Assembly (NCBI GenBank): GCA_965202585.1
Contig: OZ241829.1
Location: forward strand, 32,488,001-32,552,000
Source: Thalia democratica
Lineage: Eukaryota
Length of the DNA: 64,000 bases
Direction: 5' to 3'
Shown: piece by piece, positions 27,101 to 39,397 of the stretch
Layout: every line of letters begins with the position of its first letter
Position numbering within the stretch: the first letter of the stretch is position 1
The notes under the pieces: generated by a model
Seen by the model: the letters and a program-made list of their open reading frames with translations, nothing else
Databases searched by the model: none
What the model was told of the DNA's origin: nothing
Made by a program: the position numbers and the translations under genes

Positions 27101-28278
27101 AAAAATAAAAATTTATAAGTAGTACATCATTAATTTTAAACTATTTTTGATAAAAAAAAACTTTTGTTGTTTTAATTTTAATTTTATCAAAAGTTGTTCC
27201 TTGAATGTATTTTCTAAAAAAAATACAAGCAGTTGTACATTAACTTTAATAAGGCTTTTATTGAAATAAAGATTGATGTACAACTTAAATTAAAATCTTA
27301 GTTTTATAAAAGGGTTCTAAAACCTAAAAGGTACAAATGTTTTTACTTAACAAAGAGTTTTAATACTTTGTACCTTTTACTTTTAATTTTGTTAGTAACA
27401 TTGATTTTAAAACATGTACATTTTAATTTTAAACGATAGAAAAATTCATTAAAAAGTATTGTTAATGAGAGAGTTTCATAATAATATTTTAAATTATAGG
27501 TATAAATTAGTGAAAAGTCACCCACTCAAACTGAAATTTTGTTTATTTAATGGTCTTAGAGTTCATATAGTTTTTTATAGTAAAAAATAGTTGTTTAAGA
27601 ACCACAAAAACTATTCGATAAAAATGTTAATATCATAAGAAATTGTTTAAAATATATACTTTTATATTTGTTTATAAAATTATAATTATATATAATAATT
27701 ATTTATATATATTTTGTTAGATATTTTGTTCAGTTTTTAATTTTTAGCTTTTTTTTTCTTTATAAATCAAGTTTATCAAGTTTTAGTATTGTAAAAGTTA
27801 CTAAAACCTGTAAATTTATCAACAGGTTTTAACACAATTTACTTAAGAAATACATACTAGCTAAACAAATGTTTACGCATACTACAATACTAAAAAATAA
27901 TTTTTTGCTTTATACGATAAGTTTTTTTTTACATTTAATAATTATTGCAAGTTTATTGTCCATATGATGGACCTAGGCATCAAAACCTAGGCCGCTTAAA
28001 CTGAAAGACACATAACAAAAAAAAATATTACAACTATTAAATGATAATTGTATAAACTATTGTAGTTTACAACTGTTTTTAATATAGAACCAAATTATTT
28101 ATTATGACAATAAAATTTAAGCTTATAAAAGTATGCGGTGTAAGTAAAAGTCTTAATACAAATTAAACATGAAGTTTTTAAACCTGCGTCAAGTGAAGTA
28201 AAAGTATTTTGCTAAAAAGATAAAAAGTTTGTACCTTATTTATTTTAAGTACTTTCATAACATTTAGTTAGACATTAA

Positions 28279-28355
28279 TTCGATAACCGAAAGGTTCCTT
28301 TGTACACCATGTTCTTAGACAAAACTTTTAGAGCGCTTTTTTATCGTTCAATAAG
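28279..28355 (+). repeat. ~120-bp structured dispersed repeat, copy 3 (5'-truncated)
   Basis: TTCGAT-AACC GAAA GGTT-CCTTTGTACACC...GAGCGCTTTTTTATCGTTCAATAA. Confidence 0.8.
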
Positions 28356-28667
28356 CAATAAATAACTTTACTGTAAACTATTAATAGCGATCACATATAG
28401 TAAATAATAAGTAGCCTCCTATGATTAAAACAAATTGTTGTGCTTATTTTAAAGCAACCTATCTTAATGCATCACATTACTATTGAAGAACCTATTTAAT
28501 AAAATAACGTTTATAAGTGTTAATTAACAATAGTGTAAACAATATTATTTCTTTATCTAACTCTTTTTTCAGTCTGTAGATTAAAAAAACATATGACTGA
28601 CCAGAAAGCTGTCAGCTTGGCGTTTGCAGCTTGTTTAGTAATTTTTGTTTGTTCGACTAAACTGTTG

Positions 28668-29043
28668 TTGAGCTGACAATGCTTCACCTAACAGGTTTTT
28701 CAGAGCTCACAAGTTAAACAGAATTGAGCACAAGACAAAATATTGATAATAATCTATAAGTATGCCTAATAATTATTTGCACTTCATGACAAAAATAACA
28801 ATAACGAAAAATACTAATTATTAACAGTTAATGATCATTGATTATTCTTTCAATATTGTTATTTTTATGATGTTATTATCAATTTTACATAGTTAGTGTC
28901 TTTCATTTTTTTTTTTTTTATGATTAAGTATGAACAATTATTAGGCGTATTTATAAATTATTATTTTGTTTTGTGCTTCGACACTGTTTAGTTGTTGTTT
29001 GTGAGTTCTGAACAACCTGTTAGATGAATCATTGTCAGCTCAA
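28668..29043. mobile_element. MITE-like long inverted repeat (arms about 125 bp)
   Basis: TTGAGCTGACAATGCTTCACCTAACAGGTT... matches the revcomp of ...AACCTGTTAGATGAATCATTGTCAGCTCAA across about 125 bp; no clear TSD. Confidence 0.75.
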
Positions 29044-29699
29044 AAGACTAATCAGATACCTACAATAACTCAAGCTCCCTGTATTTCATGTTAGAGCGCT
29101 GTACCTTTATAAAGTATAAAATTAATGTATAGTTTATTTTTTTGTTAAAGCTTATTATTTTTTTCGTTAAGAACTTTTTTGATGTTTTAAAACTTAGAAA
29201 CTTGTTTTTTTTCTAACAATTCTTTTAGTGAAACAAACTTTAACAGCCTATGATATATTTCTGACCAAAACGTAATACTTTGTCAAAATTTAACTACTTT
29301 TTTGTAGATTATAAAAAAATAAACTTGTTTTAGGTTTATCAAGGAAGATACGTAAATTTTAAACTATTTATAGAAAATTTAAAAAATTACATGAATCAAA
29401 ATATATGTTATTCCACTTGCTAATCACGTGTAGCATTTTTCTTTATGCCTTTCTAAAGCTCTAATTCAAATTAATTATTTTTAGATACTATATATTCTAT
29501 TTAAAAAAATAATACCTAAACTATTATTTTTTGTATATAAATGTACTTTGTTTATACAATGTAACTTATTTGTTTTAAACTGTATAAAAATCTTTTTATT
29601 TCACTTTTATCAACTTACAACATAGCTTTTTTACTAGCACACTTTTACAAGTTATTAATTTTTTTTTTTAATTTTTACTTTACAGCTTTACAAATAAAA

Positions 29700-30695
29700 A
29701 TGAAGGTACCCACAGACGAAGAAACGATGAACGCCACCAACTCCCTCCCTAACGGAGGCCGAAACATCGCCATTGCGGCTCAAGTCATCACCGCCCTGCT
29801 CATTACCACCACCGTATGGACGTTCTTCTCTTTCTTGGTGTTCGGCATCCGCAAGGGGGCGTGGCGCGGGAGCAAGAGCCGAACTTCATTTATTCTCATG
29901 TCCCTCGCCACTGCCGCTCCCGCCTTCGCCTTCGTCCGCGTCCTCTCCACGCAAGCCCTGCTCATCATCGGCGACCCCGATCTCTTCGATCCGTCGGCGA
30001 GCAACTGCAGCGTCGTCTACTCCGTAAACATCATTTCCTACTCCATCTCGATTCTCTGCGTTTACACCTACCTGTGGTACCGGCAGCGCACGCTGTACTC
30101 GAAGCCCTCCTTGCGCCACCTCAACACAAAACTCATCAACCTGGTCAGCCTTTCAGTGATGCCTCTGATCGCCGTGGGAATCGTCTCAATATGCGTCCTG
30201 TTCCACATGACCGAGCACCGCGCGATACCCAACTTGGGGTGCACCTTCAAGTTCACCCCCGCCCTCGGGGCAAAACCGTTGTACGCGCTGGTGACGATGA
30301 CCAGCGTCATGCAGCTCGCGCTATTCCTCCTCTTCCTTTACCCCCTGCGAAACTTCTCCTCCTCCTCACCGCCGGACCTTCCTCAGAAGAAGACCGTTGT
30401 GAGGCTGAGGAGGATCATCAAGCTAGCGTCGACCAGCCTCATCCTGTGCGTGCTTTCGGACCTGATCATCAGCGGGGTCGCCAGGTCGCTGCAGATGTTC
30501 CTGAAGACGAACACGGTGGTGTCCACGGCCATATACGACCTGAACCTGGCGGTGAACATCGTGTGCATCATGGGCAGCTTCGAGAACAACGCGGCCATCG
30601 CCACTTCGCTCTTCTGCGGGTCGAAGTTTAACTTGAGCGATCTGCAGTCGGTCTCTTCGAAGAGGAAGAACACGCACTCGACCACTCAGTTGTAG
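29700..30695 (+). CDS. Intronless orphan seven-transmembrane (GPCR-like) protein, 331 aa
   Basis: Complete GC-rich ORF with seven hydrophobic segments, N-terminal NAT sequon, Cys at the top of TM3 and in loop 2 (LGC), WYRQR in place of DRY; acceptor tttacag 14 nt upstream of the ATG. Confidence 0.85.
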   Translation: MKVPTDEETMNATNSLPNGGRNIAIAAQVITALLITTTVWTFFSFLVFGIRKGAWRGSKSRTSFILMSLATAAPAFAFVRVLSTQALLIIGDPDLFDPSASNCSVVYSVNIISYSISILCVYTYLWYRQRTLYSKPSLRHLNTKLINLVSLSVMPLIAVGIVSICVLFHMTEHRAIPNLGCTFKFTPALGAKPLYALVTMTSVMQLALFLLFLYPLRNFSSSSPPDLPQKKTVVRLRRIIKLASTSLILCVLSDLIISGVARSLQMFLKTNTVVSTAIYDLNLAVNIVCIMGSFENNAAIATSLFCGSKFNLSDLQSVSSKRKNTHSTTQL

Positions 30696-32046
30696 GAATT
30701 TGGAGGGTTTGCCGTTGGAGGAGTTGTTTTTTTGCGGGAGTTGCTTTTAAAGAAAAGTGAGTTGGAGATTAGAAGTTGATAAATCCAACTCAACTTGTGT
30801 TTTTTCTTGGTGATATTTTTTTTAGATTTTTGCTTGAGTAGCTTAAAAAGTTTATTGGTTTTCAAATTTTTGTAACAAGTTTAACACCAACCTGCCGAAG
30901 AACTTGTTAAGTTTTTAAAACTATATATTGTTTAGCTAGTTCGTATAAATTAATTTAATATATTTCTACTACCTGCCTGTTGCTTTTATACCAACATTTG
31001 TAATTTTTAATTGAGATTCTTTTAAATTATGAAATTTAGATAGATTTATGTAAATACTTTGTAAAAGAACAAATTGTGCGTTTTATTTTTATTTTAGTAA
31101 TGTTTTAATAAACCTTTTAGTTTTGTTAATTTAATTATACCGTATTGAATTTAAGTTGAAAAATAATTATAAGCATACATATTTTTAAAACTTTATTATA
31201 ATTATTTTAATTTCTTTAACTTCTCATTATGAAAAAAAATTTGAATTAAGTTCATGTTTCAGTGTTTACTTAAATTTAGTTTGTAGTTCCATGTAAATAT
31301 AAGTTGAAATATAAAGTGCAATAAGATTAAAAAATAATAATTTGTAATATTGAACAAAAACGACATCTTTAAAATTAATAACTAAAATGCATTTTGAAAT
31401 TCTTTGCTACTGTTGTAAAGTTTATAGATTTAACTCAGTATTTGTATTGAAGTTTACATCAAATAACTTATGCACATTTAAATAAGGAATATATAAAAAA
31501 CTATTCTAAATTTAGATATAAGTATAAGCTAATTACTGTGTTATTCCTTTTACTGTTTTAAAAAACTGTAAACGGGTTTTAATTCTTACTACAAAAACCT
31601 TTTATACTTAAAAGGGACAAAAAAAGATTTTAAAGAGTTTAATGTTTTATAAAAATTTTACGTAAATTTTGTGCTCTACAAGTAATATAGTTACATCCAT
31701 AAAAAAATTAAAGGTTATCATTAATTTGTTTTAGTTAAAAAAATTGATTTTTACTAAACAACTCTTAATTAAAACAACACTTTAAGTATTTTATAAAAAC
31801 ATATTGATAAAAGTTAAGTATTTTGGTTCGACTATAAAAAAATAAACAAAATAAATAAAAATATATCAGAACTTTTTTTTTTCAGAAAAATAGAATTGTT
31901 AACGTACGAAACTAATCTTAAAACAAAAAATAATAAAAACAAACAGTTTAGTTTGGTACAATGTTTCTTAAAGATGATCACCAAGCTGCAAACATGCTTA
32001 ACAATAAGTTAAAACTTTAAAACAATTTTTTTATCAAATGTGAGCG

Positions 32047-35000
32047 TTACTCATCAATGTAGAAAAGGTAAGGTTTCCTTCCAACCAGCCAGAACACGTA
32101 CGAATACCTCCTGTCTTCCGCTGTCAAGCAACTTATTTTGCATACTGGGATTATTTCCAGACTTCGTCGCTGAAAAATTTAATCAGTTTTATGTTTTTTT
32201 TTTTTCCTGACAATTGAGATATTATAAACTTGTTATAACTTTTTTTTATTTATTTAGCTTAGAGGTTGGCAAACTGCGACCAGCAAAGGAAATATATGCG
32301 GCATGCGGTGTACTTTTTAAAACATGTTAAAAAAATAACTACAAATAAGTTTTCACAAGTTGAAACTTAGAGTAAGGCATAATTTAAAAATTATTAGTTC
32401 CTAGTGATTTATGTTGCAGATGTTATCACATTTTTCTTTTAAAATAGTATTTTTATTTTTTTCTGATAACTACATTTATTTTTAAAAGCTGCAGCCAGCA
32501 AGCAGTATTTTCTACTAATATTGGCCAGCGACTCATAAAAAGCTTCCGAATCTAATCAACATGTCAGCAAATTACAAAAGAAATCGACTTGTCATTAAAA
32601 CAAATTAAAGAAACTATTTACGATTTATGTTTAGTTTAAAACAATTTACTTACAGCTTTAACGAGCAACCTTTCATCGTTTTCTCGAGTTCTCATCTCGT
32701 CTAGAGTTTCAGACCTGACTTTCCTGGAATACTTGTCACCGTGACTGGCATCCAACAAACTTCTCGGGAAGACTCGGTCAAAACATTCGTACTCTGTTTC
32801 AACTTCTTTTTCCCTAGAATTTTTTTAATTAACAAATTTAATGGGAATATAAAAAAAGTAGTAAGAGTTGTATAAACGGTTTTAAAGTATGCTTGTTTGT
32901 CTGTAGACGATTGAAGCTTTTAAAAAATTATGTAACAATTAAAATAATAAAATAATGTATGTAATTTCGTACATTAGATAATGCATACGAAATTAATTCT
33001 TCTTAATTTAATTTATTTAAGTATGCTTTATAATTTTCTTTTTAAAAGCTTTATGCACTTGATGCGTATAACCTTACACAGTTGTTTTTAATTTAGAAAA
33101 TTTGTAATTTTATTTGTTTTTATCACTATAATACAGTTGTATATATACTTTTAACTTAAGTTTAAAACGCACATAGATACTTTTAACTTCTTGTACTGAT
33201 GAACTTCACCAAGTTGGCGGCATTTTGTGCATTTAAAATACCCCTTACAGTAACAGCTCGGGCATCTGTAAAGTAATTTTTGTTGGTAGAAGCAAATAAA
33301 CATTCTGACAAAAACAAAGTTGATACCCTACTAATCCAGTGCCATCGCATTCGAAGCACTTTATTTCACTGTCTTCTGTCAGCTTAAAAAAAAAATTGTA
33401 TCTAAAGTTTATCAAATTTGTTCAACAATACTGAAAATTTATTCAATTTACTCAAATATATGCATTATAAATCCTTATCAAAACTCACCAATATGAATCC
33501 ACCAACGCACTTTGTACAAATTATTTTTGCCTCCCCTAGGCAACAATCACAACTGTACGTGCCTTGACCTGAGCAGCTGTTTTAAATATTTATATTTTTG
33601 AAAAAGTACTTCAGCTGAACACATAGTGTTTACCGTAAAAAGTCTAATACCTACTTTGTTATATCAAACTTACCTAGTTAAAAGTTTAGTATGAAGTATT
33701 CCTTTTATTAAACTATAAAAATTAAAAATGTAAATATTATTACAAACTAGATATTTTTAGTAATGATAACTTGAACTATAGTTGTATTGCAAAACTTTAA
33801 AAAAAAACTTTTATAGTGTTTCCTATTTAAATACAAGCTAAAAAATTTTAAATAAATAATTTTTAGTTTTGTTTATGTTAGTTATATAAGTATTTGAAAC
33901 TCTTTTATTGGTTGTAGAATTGTATTATCGTTCCACATTAAAATAATTGCGAGCCGTTATGTTTGTAGAAATCAAAAGTACTGCTAAATAGTTTATTTTC
34001 ATAATATTTCAAATGGAGATTTGTATTGGTTTAAGTACAACTAGATTGTCAAATAAAAACAAGTTTATAAAATGGTTGATACAGTTACTGTTTGTTTATT
34101 GCAGCGTTTCTTAACCTTTTTTCATGTTTTATCCTATTTTTTAAGGTTATTACCAAATCTTTTCTTTTTGGAAGGTATTTACCAAACTTGCCCCCAATCA
34201 ACAAAATAGTGTTTAACTTTGAGGAAATAACTAGATCGTTTGAACTTTAAGCTTATTAAATATAAAAAATTGTAAATTTTAAAGAGTTTATTTAACTTTA
34301 AAAATGCAGTTAAGTTATAACTTATAAATTAAAAAGCGATCAATAAACATTAACTTACATAACTTGTAATAATGAAAACTTACCCCATAAAACAAGGGAT
34401 ATTGCCCCCAGGTTAAGAATCGCTGGTTTATGGTGATAGCAGTAATATTTTTATTAGAAAGCTTTACGCCCGGTTTGTACATTAAAAACATCTTTATGAC
34501 CAGTAGAGAACTAAGTTTTAATTTAAATATAGAAAATTAAATAAATGTTACATTGTGCAAGTGATAGTTTCTAGGCTGCCGGGAACTAGGTACGTTCTGT
34601 TAGGTTCCAGGTCTCTCAAATCAATGACGTCATTGGTGCTTTCGTCATCACTTAACTCTACTTCGCTGCACGTGTTCGAAGTTTGGAACAAGTTTTTCTC
34701 TTTGTAGTAATAACTTCCTATTTTCCACTTTGATTTCAGTACGTGCTGTTAAGTTGTTAAAAATGTTTAAATTCTAATTAAGATTCAAGCAAATAAATGC
34801 TTATTTACACCCCATTTAAATAAAAAAGCTTGTATAAAAAAAAAACAAACTACAATTTTCGGCATATTTAAAAGATACTAATGACACTAAGATGATGTTG
34901 AGCAACGTACGGCCCGCAAAGCAGAAATATTTAGTTAGAAACCTATTTCAAAACAAGTAAAACTCAGCTTTTTTAAAACAAATTTTTGTTTTTTGTTTTA

Positions 35001-38000
35001 ATTTGAATACACAGTAACGCTTTTAAAATGATTATTTCAACACGACATTTTTTTAAAGTTTCTATTCATTTTTGTTTCTACAAACTTGCGACCCGCAAAA
35101 GGCTTTTTCTAGTAAATCCCGATCGCTGATTAAAAAAGTTTTCCACCCTTTACTAAGACTTGTCAAGCAAACTAAACGTAGAGTAATAGAATTGAACAAA
35201 GTTCAAACAACTAAACAAAAAAATGTTCTAGCTCGATTAAAAAATTATTAGTAAAGAACTGTTACTTTCATAAACTTAAAATCTACTTATAAACTTAAAA
35301 ACAGGAAACAATCACAATTAGTGTTTTTATAAACTGTACAATTTTTTTTTTACGTATGCACTTACGCACAGTAGTTTGCATATTAACTATTTTGCTGTAA
35401 ATAAATATTTAGATTAGTAGTTAAAAGATTTTAACAATAGTTCTGTAATGTTTCTTAAATTGTTTGCAAAAGCTAAATTTTATATAACTAAACTAATATA
35501 ACTTACGTTATGAAAACAATATATATTTTAATAATATTAACAAATAAAAAATGTCAAAGCAAAGTAAAATTTGTTTTAGTAGAAAACGCAAATATTGCAT
35601 TTTCAAGAACGAACAGAACTTTTTCCTTGGTAACACTGTTCACAGCTTTTAAAATATTGATAAATGTGGCAGTTTACTAAAAAAACAAACTTTTTTATGT
35701 GCTAAAATCTTAACTAAATATTGCACGAAATTCTTAAACCTTTTGTTGTTAAGACTTTTATTGCTTTAGGCTGAAATTTATTGCTTGTGTTTTAATCATG
35801 TTTTTTTAAGCTAATTGTGAATAATTATTAGGTTTTTATTTAAAGGGCTCCTTAGTATTGTACATAGACATTATCTTACTGTTTATTAAAAGTTCGAAAC
35901 TTAAGTCTAATAACATATCTAGACAAGTTTTAAAAAACAAATTTTTAAAGATTTTTAATTTCCTTTAGTCAAGTAAAACATTTATTACAGGTATAATAAT
36001 TAATTTAATAGTAAACTTAATTTAGTCAAGTAAATAATTAAAAACTTTATTTTCTGTGAGTAAAAAGGTATAATATAACTTTTTAGTGTAAAAAGAACAT
36101 TTTCTTCAGTTGGAAATTTAAAGATCGAATGTTGTAAACAAAAAAATGTGTTTTTGATACACATACATGCTAAAAATTTAGCTTTTTTGTAAAGTCTTTT
36201 CGGTTATGCAACATTCGTTATTAATATCAATAAATCTTATTTTTTGACGGTTTTTGACATTTGAATAAGTTTCTTAACATTGTTACTTTAGTTTATTTTT
36301 TAAATGTTTAGTCTTTAATTTTTTATATAACTTAATACGCAAAGAACTTTTTTTTTGAGTATTTTTTAGTATAACTTAAGAAAACATCAAAAATTGTGTA
36401 AAATTTACTTGATCAAAGAATTTAATAACAAGTTTTTGAATGCATAATGAACTTTTAAAGAGTTGTATGATTGATTTCTATTCTTAGTCTTACAAAACTA
36501 AAATAAAAGCTAGAAACTGTAAACTTATTTTTTAAAGACAAACACTGATGTTACTTGTCAGCTTAAAGTATTATGACTTCGTTTTTAATTTTCTTTACTT
36601 ATATTAGGAAAACGAACACATCAATAATTTATCAGATCTGCAAAATAAGAGTTCATTTCAAGATAAGTTTAACATTGATCGCCGGTAATGAACTAGCATC
36701 CTGTTTATCTTTTCTTTTGCCATTTAAAACTAAAATCAATCTAAAAATTAATTTAATCTTTAAACCTTATATAATGAATGTGATTTTCGTTTAAGCCGAA
36801 CACTGTTTTTCTGTTTTATTTTGTTTTAAATAATTTTAAATATTTCATTGAAGCTCTTTCACTAATAAAAAATAATTTTAAAAAAATTAAGTATTTAGTT
36901 AAAATTATAAAAATAAAAATATTAAAAATTTGTTTTTATTAAACTTAAATTTGAATGAGCTAATATAGATCTAACCTTAATTTAAGTTATAAAAGTTATG
37001 TCTACATAAGCTCAACTAACTTTTAAAACACACGTAGAAAATTCACATTTCACTATAAATAACTTTTCAGAAAAAAGTCAACTAGAGTTTTTAGTAAAAG
37101 TCTTAAATGCAGTTTTAAACTTGAATTTGCTCTATCCAACTTAAAAATATGTTAGTTGATTATACACAGGCTCAACTAACTCTCAAAACACACGACTGCT
37201 TGATGTCGGTGATAATGCAGTGGTTTTTTGAAAACTCATCCCAACCTAACAATTTTGTTCGTTTGAAGAAAGTTTTCAAAATGCATTTGTTACTGCGGTG
37301 CACCAAGCTGTAAAACGTTTTAACTACGATTGAAAAGTATTTATCAGCACAAAAGTATCTAATATGTTTTGTTTTACTATAAAAATAATTTTACAATACA
37401 TTGTTTATTGAACGACAAAAAATACGCTCAAAAATTTTGGTCCTAGGACCTTGTGTACAAAAAACCTTTCGGTCATCGAGTCATAAAACAGAACAATTTA
37501 ACGTCATGCCCAGGACAATTACTATTTTAAAACAGTTTTAGAATACAGCATTCTTGAGAAATATTTCAACAAAGTAGCAATTTATAGGTAAAAAAACTAT
37601 GCTTCAAAAAAAATAACAGAAAATACTTTGTGCATTACAAAACCCTTAACAGTCAACAAAATTGTAGTGTAAAAAAAAAGTTAAAGCAAAAAAACCCAAC
37701 TCACTTTATGCACCGCTGCATGAAGATGGCCTCATTCGTGTCCATGGATATCTGGTAGATGGGCACCTCCTCATCCTGATCACTCCTCCTGAAATCTTCC
37801 TGATTGCTCCTCCTGACATCCTCCTGATTGTTGTTGTCCTCCTCAGCGTCAGTGCTGTCCTGGTAGTCGGAAAATCCCCCGGTGGACGACGTGGAGGGCA
37901 GCATGCCGTACTTTTCCGCAAGAACCTGCGCGTAGCTGGGCGGGGGCCGGGAGGCGGACCGGCACATCCCGCGGGGCCTGACGGCGGGTTGGAAGGACCT

Positions 38001-38027
38001 CGAAGACGATGATTGGCTGATCGGCAT
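32047..38027 (-). CDS. SSUH2: SSUH2 homolog (Cys-rich CxxCxGxG repeat protein), 387 aa
   Basis: Exons 38027-37705, 37307-37181, 34745-34552, 33576-33489, 33382-33327, 33265-33173 (weak GTGCGT donor), 32813-32654 and 32169-32047 join in frame. N-terminal PPPSY, VPGSLETITCTICSGQG, CxxC repeats and RRSLEIIPV..YVFWLVG match SSUH2 organisation. Confidence 0.8.
32260..32555. mobile_element. Degenerate hAT-type MITE
   Basis: Ends TAGAGGTTGGCAAACTGCG and GCGACTCATAAAAAGCTTCCGAATCTA resemble decayed hAT TIRs. Confidence 0.45.
34102..34425. mobile_element. hAT-family MITE
   Basis: TIRs CAGCGTTTCTTAACCT and AGGTTAAGAATCGCTG; 8-bp TSD GTTTATTG/GTTTATGG. Confidence 0.85.
34895..35150. mobile_element. 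Degenerate hAT-type MITE
   Basis: GTTGAGCAACGTACGGCCCGC start, internal GCGACCCGC, AAAAAGTTTTCCACCC end. Confidence 0.45.
37401..37518 (-). repeat. ~120-bp structured dispersed repeat, copy 4
   Basis: Revcomp has CTCGAT-GACC GAAA GGTT, the perfect palindrome GGTCCTAGGACC and GTCGTTCAATAAACAAT. Confidence 0.85.
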
Positions 38028-39397
38028 TCTATTTGTGGTTGTTTTAATTGCCTAGTTTTTTCTGGAATTTGGTTTTGTTTGATTATTTTCAGTCAAAAAG
38101 TTTGTCGTGTTGGAACTGGAAAGAATTGAAACATAACATTTACTTCTACTAATATTATGTAAATGTGCGTTGTATCACAAACAATGCTTCTGGAAAATAA
38201 TCATTTTGGTTGTACGTTCTTATAAATGAGGATTTACTGTTTCTTTTATGTACCTTCTGAGTTATCGCCTTTTATATCAAACTAATAAGTTTAGACTTAT
38301 TACTAAGTTCTTTATAAATTCAGCTTTGTTTAATTTTTTTTTTTTCGTTTTGTGTGTCCTGTTTAAGTGGCTCAGGTCGTGCCTGAGTCCAACATTGCAT
38401 TATGAAGATTATAATAATAACTTGTTTAGTTTTTTATATATTATCATTTTGTTATTTTTTGTTTTGATAACAAACACTTTTGTTTTTCAGTTTATTTTAG
38501 GTTATTAAAATAAATAATACTCGTTGAATTTTTTAGAGACTATTTTGAAGTAAAAATGTTGTTAAAAATTGAAAACTTGCTTTCTTATTTTGTTACATTA
38601 ACTGCTTTTCTTAAACAGAAAAAAAATATTGAAAATTTTTCTAAACTAAGCTTGTACTTTTGAAAAGAAAACTGATTTTAACTTAAAGCTTTCAAATCTT
38701 TCAAATAAAAAGCATACATTCCATCCTTTTTTAGAACTACTTTGTAATACTACACTTTAAAATGAAACAGAGAAAAAATACAACTTAAAATTTATTGCAT
38801 GCACATTGCAAATAGCAGTGAACTACCGCGTCAAAGTATGAAGCGTCTTTCAAATTTCACTCCTGAATAATTCAGCACGTTAAAGAGTGCACGGGCAAAT
38901 ATAAAGACTTTAAATTTTCATCAGCTAGCCTAGACCTGCAGCTTTGATAAGCTAATTTATTATGCTGCGATTGTTTTTGTTTTATAAACTTGAAAGAGAC
39001 ATAACTAAATTTACACTATCCTTTTTGAAAAGCTACTACGAATGCTTTTAAGAAAGTTTCTGTTTTGTTTACTGAAGAAGAAGGCAAACGTTTTAAGAGC
39101 TATCACTTTAACAAATTAACAGTAATGTTTATTGATATTTTAAATGTTAAAATTTAGAGAAATGCTAGTTACATATATATTTAAGTTCGATATAAACTGT
39201 TTTTACTCTATCACAAATTACAAAAATATATTTTAAATTGTTTTTTTTTACATTCCTTTATTTAAAGTTGTTTTTTAGGTTTTAAAAGTTTTTAGTATGT
39301 TTCGATTTATGCATTAAATTATATTTGTGTAATTTTTTGTACTCTTGGTAGATTACATCTTTAAAATGAAATGACTACTTTGCAAAGATAAAAAAAA

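Noticed and set aside
29773-30685. Several long overlapping ORFs (up to 271 aa) on both strands of the 7TM gene
   Set aside because: Shadow ORFs expected from extreme GC3 bias; low-complexity Arg/Pro/His translations.
29700-30695. Horizontal transfer of the GC-rich intronless gene from a bacterium
   Set aside because: GPCR-like topology, a eukaryotic acceptor upstream and similarly GC-rich exons in clearly native genes.
35370-35680. Small exon-like segments within SSUH2 intron 2
   Set aside because: Not needed for, and mostly not phase-compatible with, the homology-supported junction 37181 to 34745.
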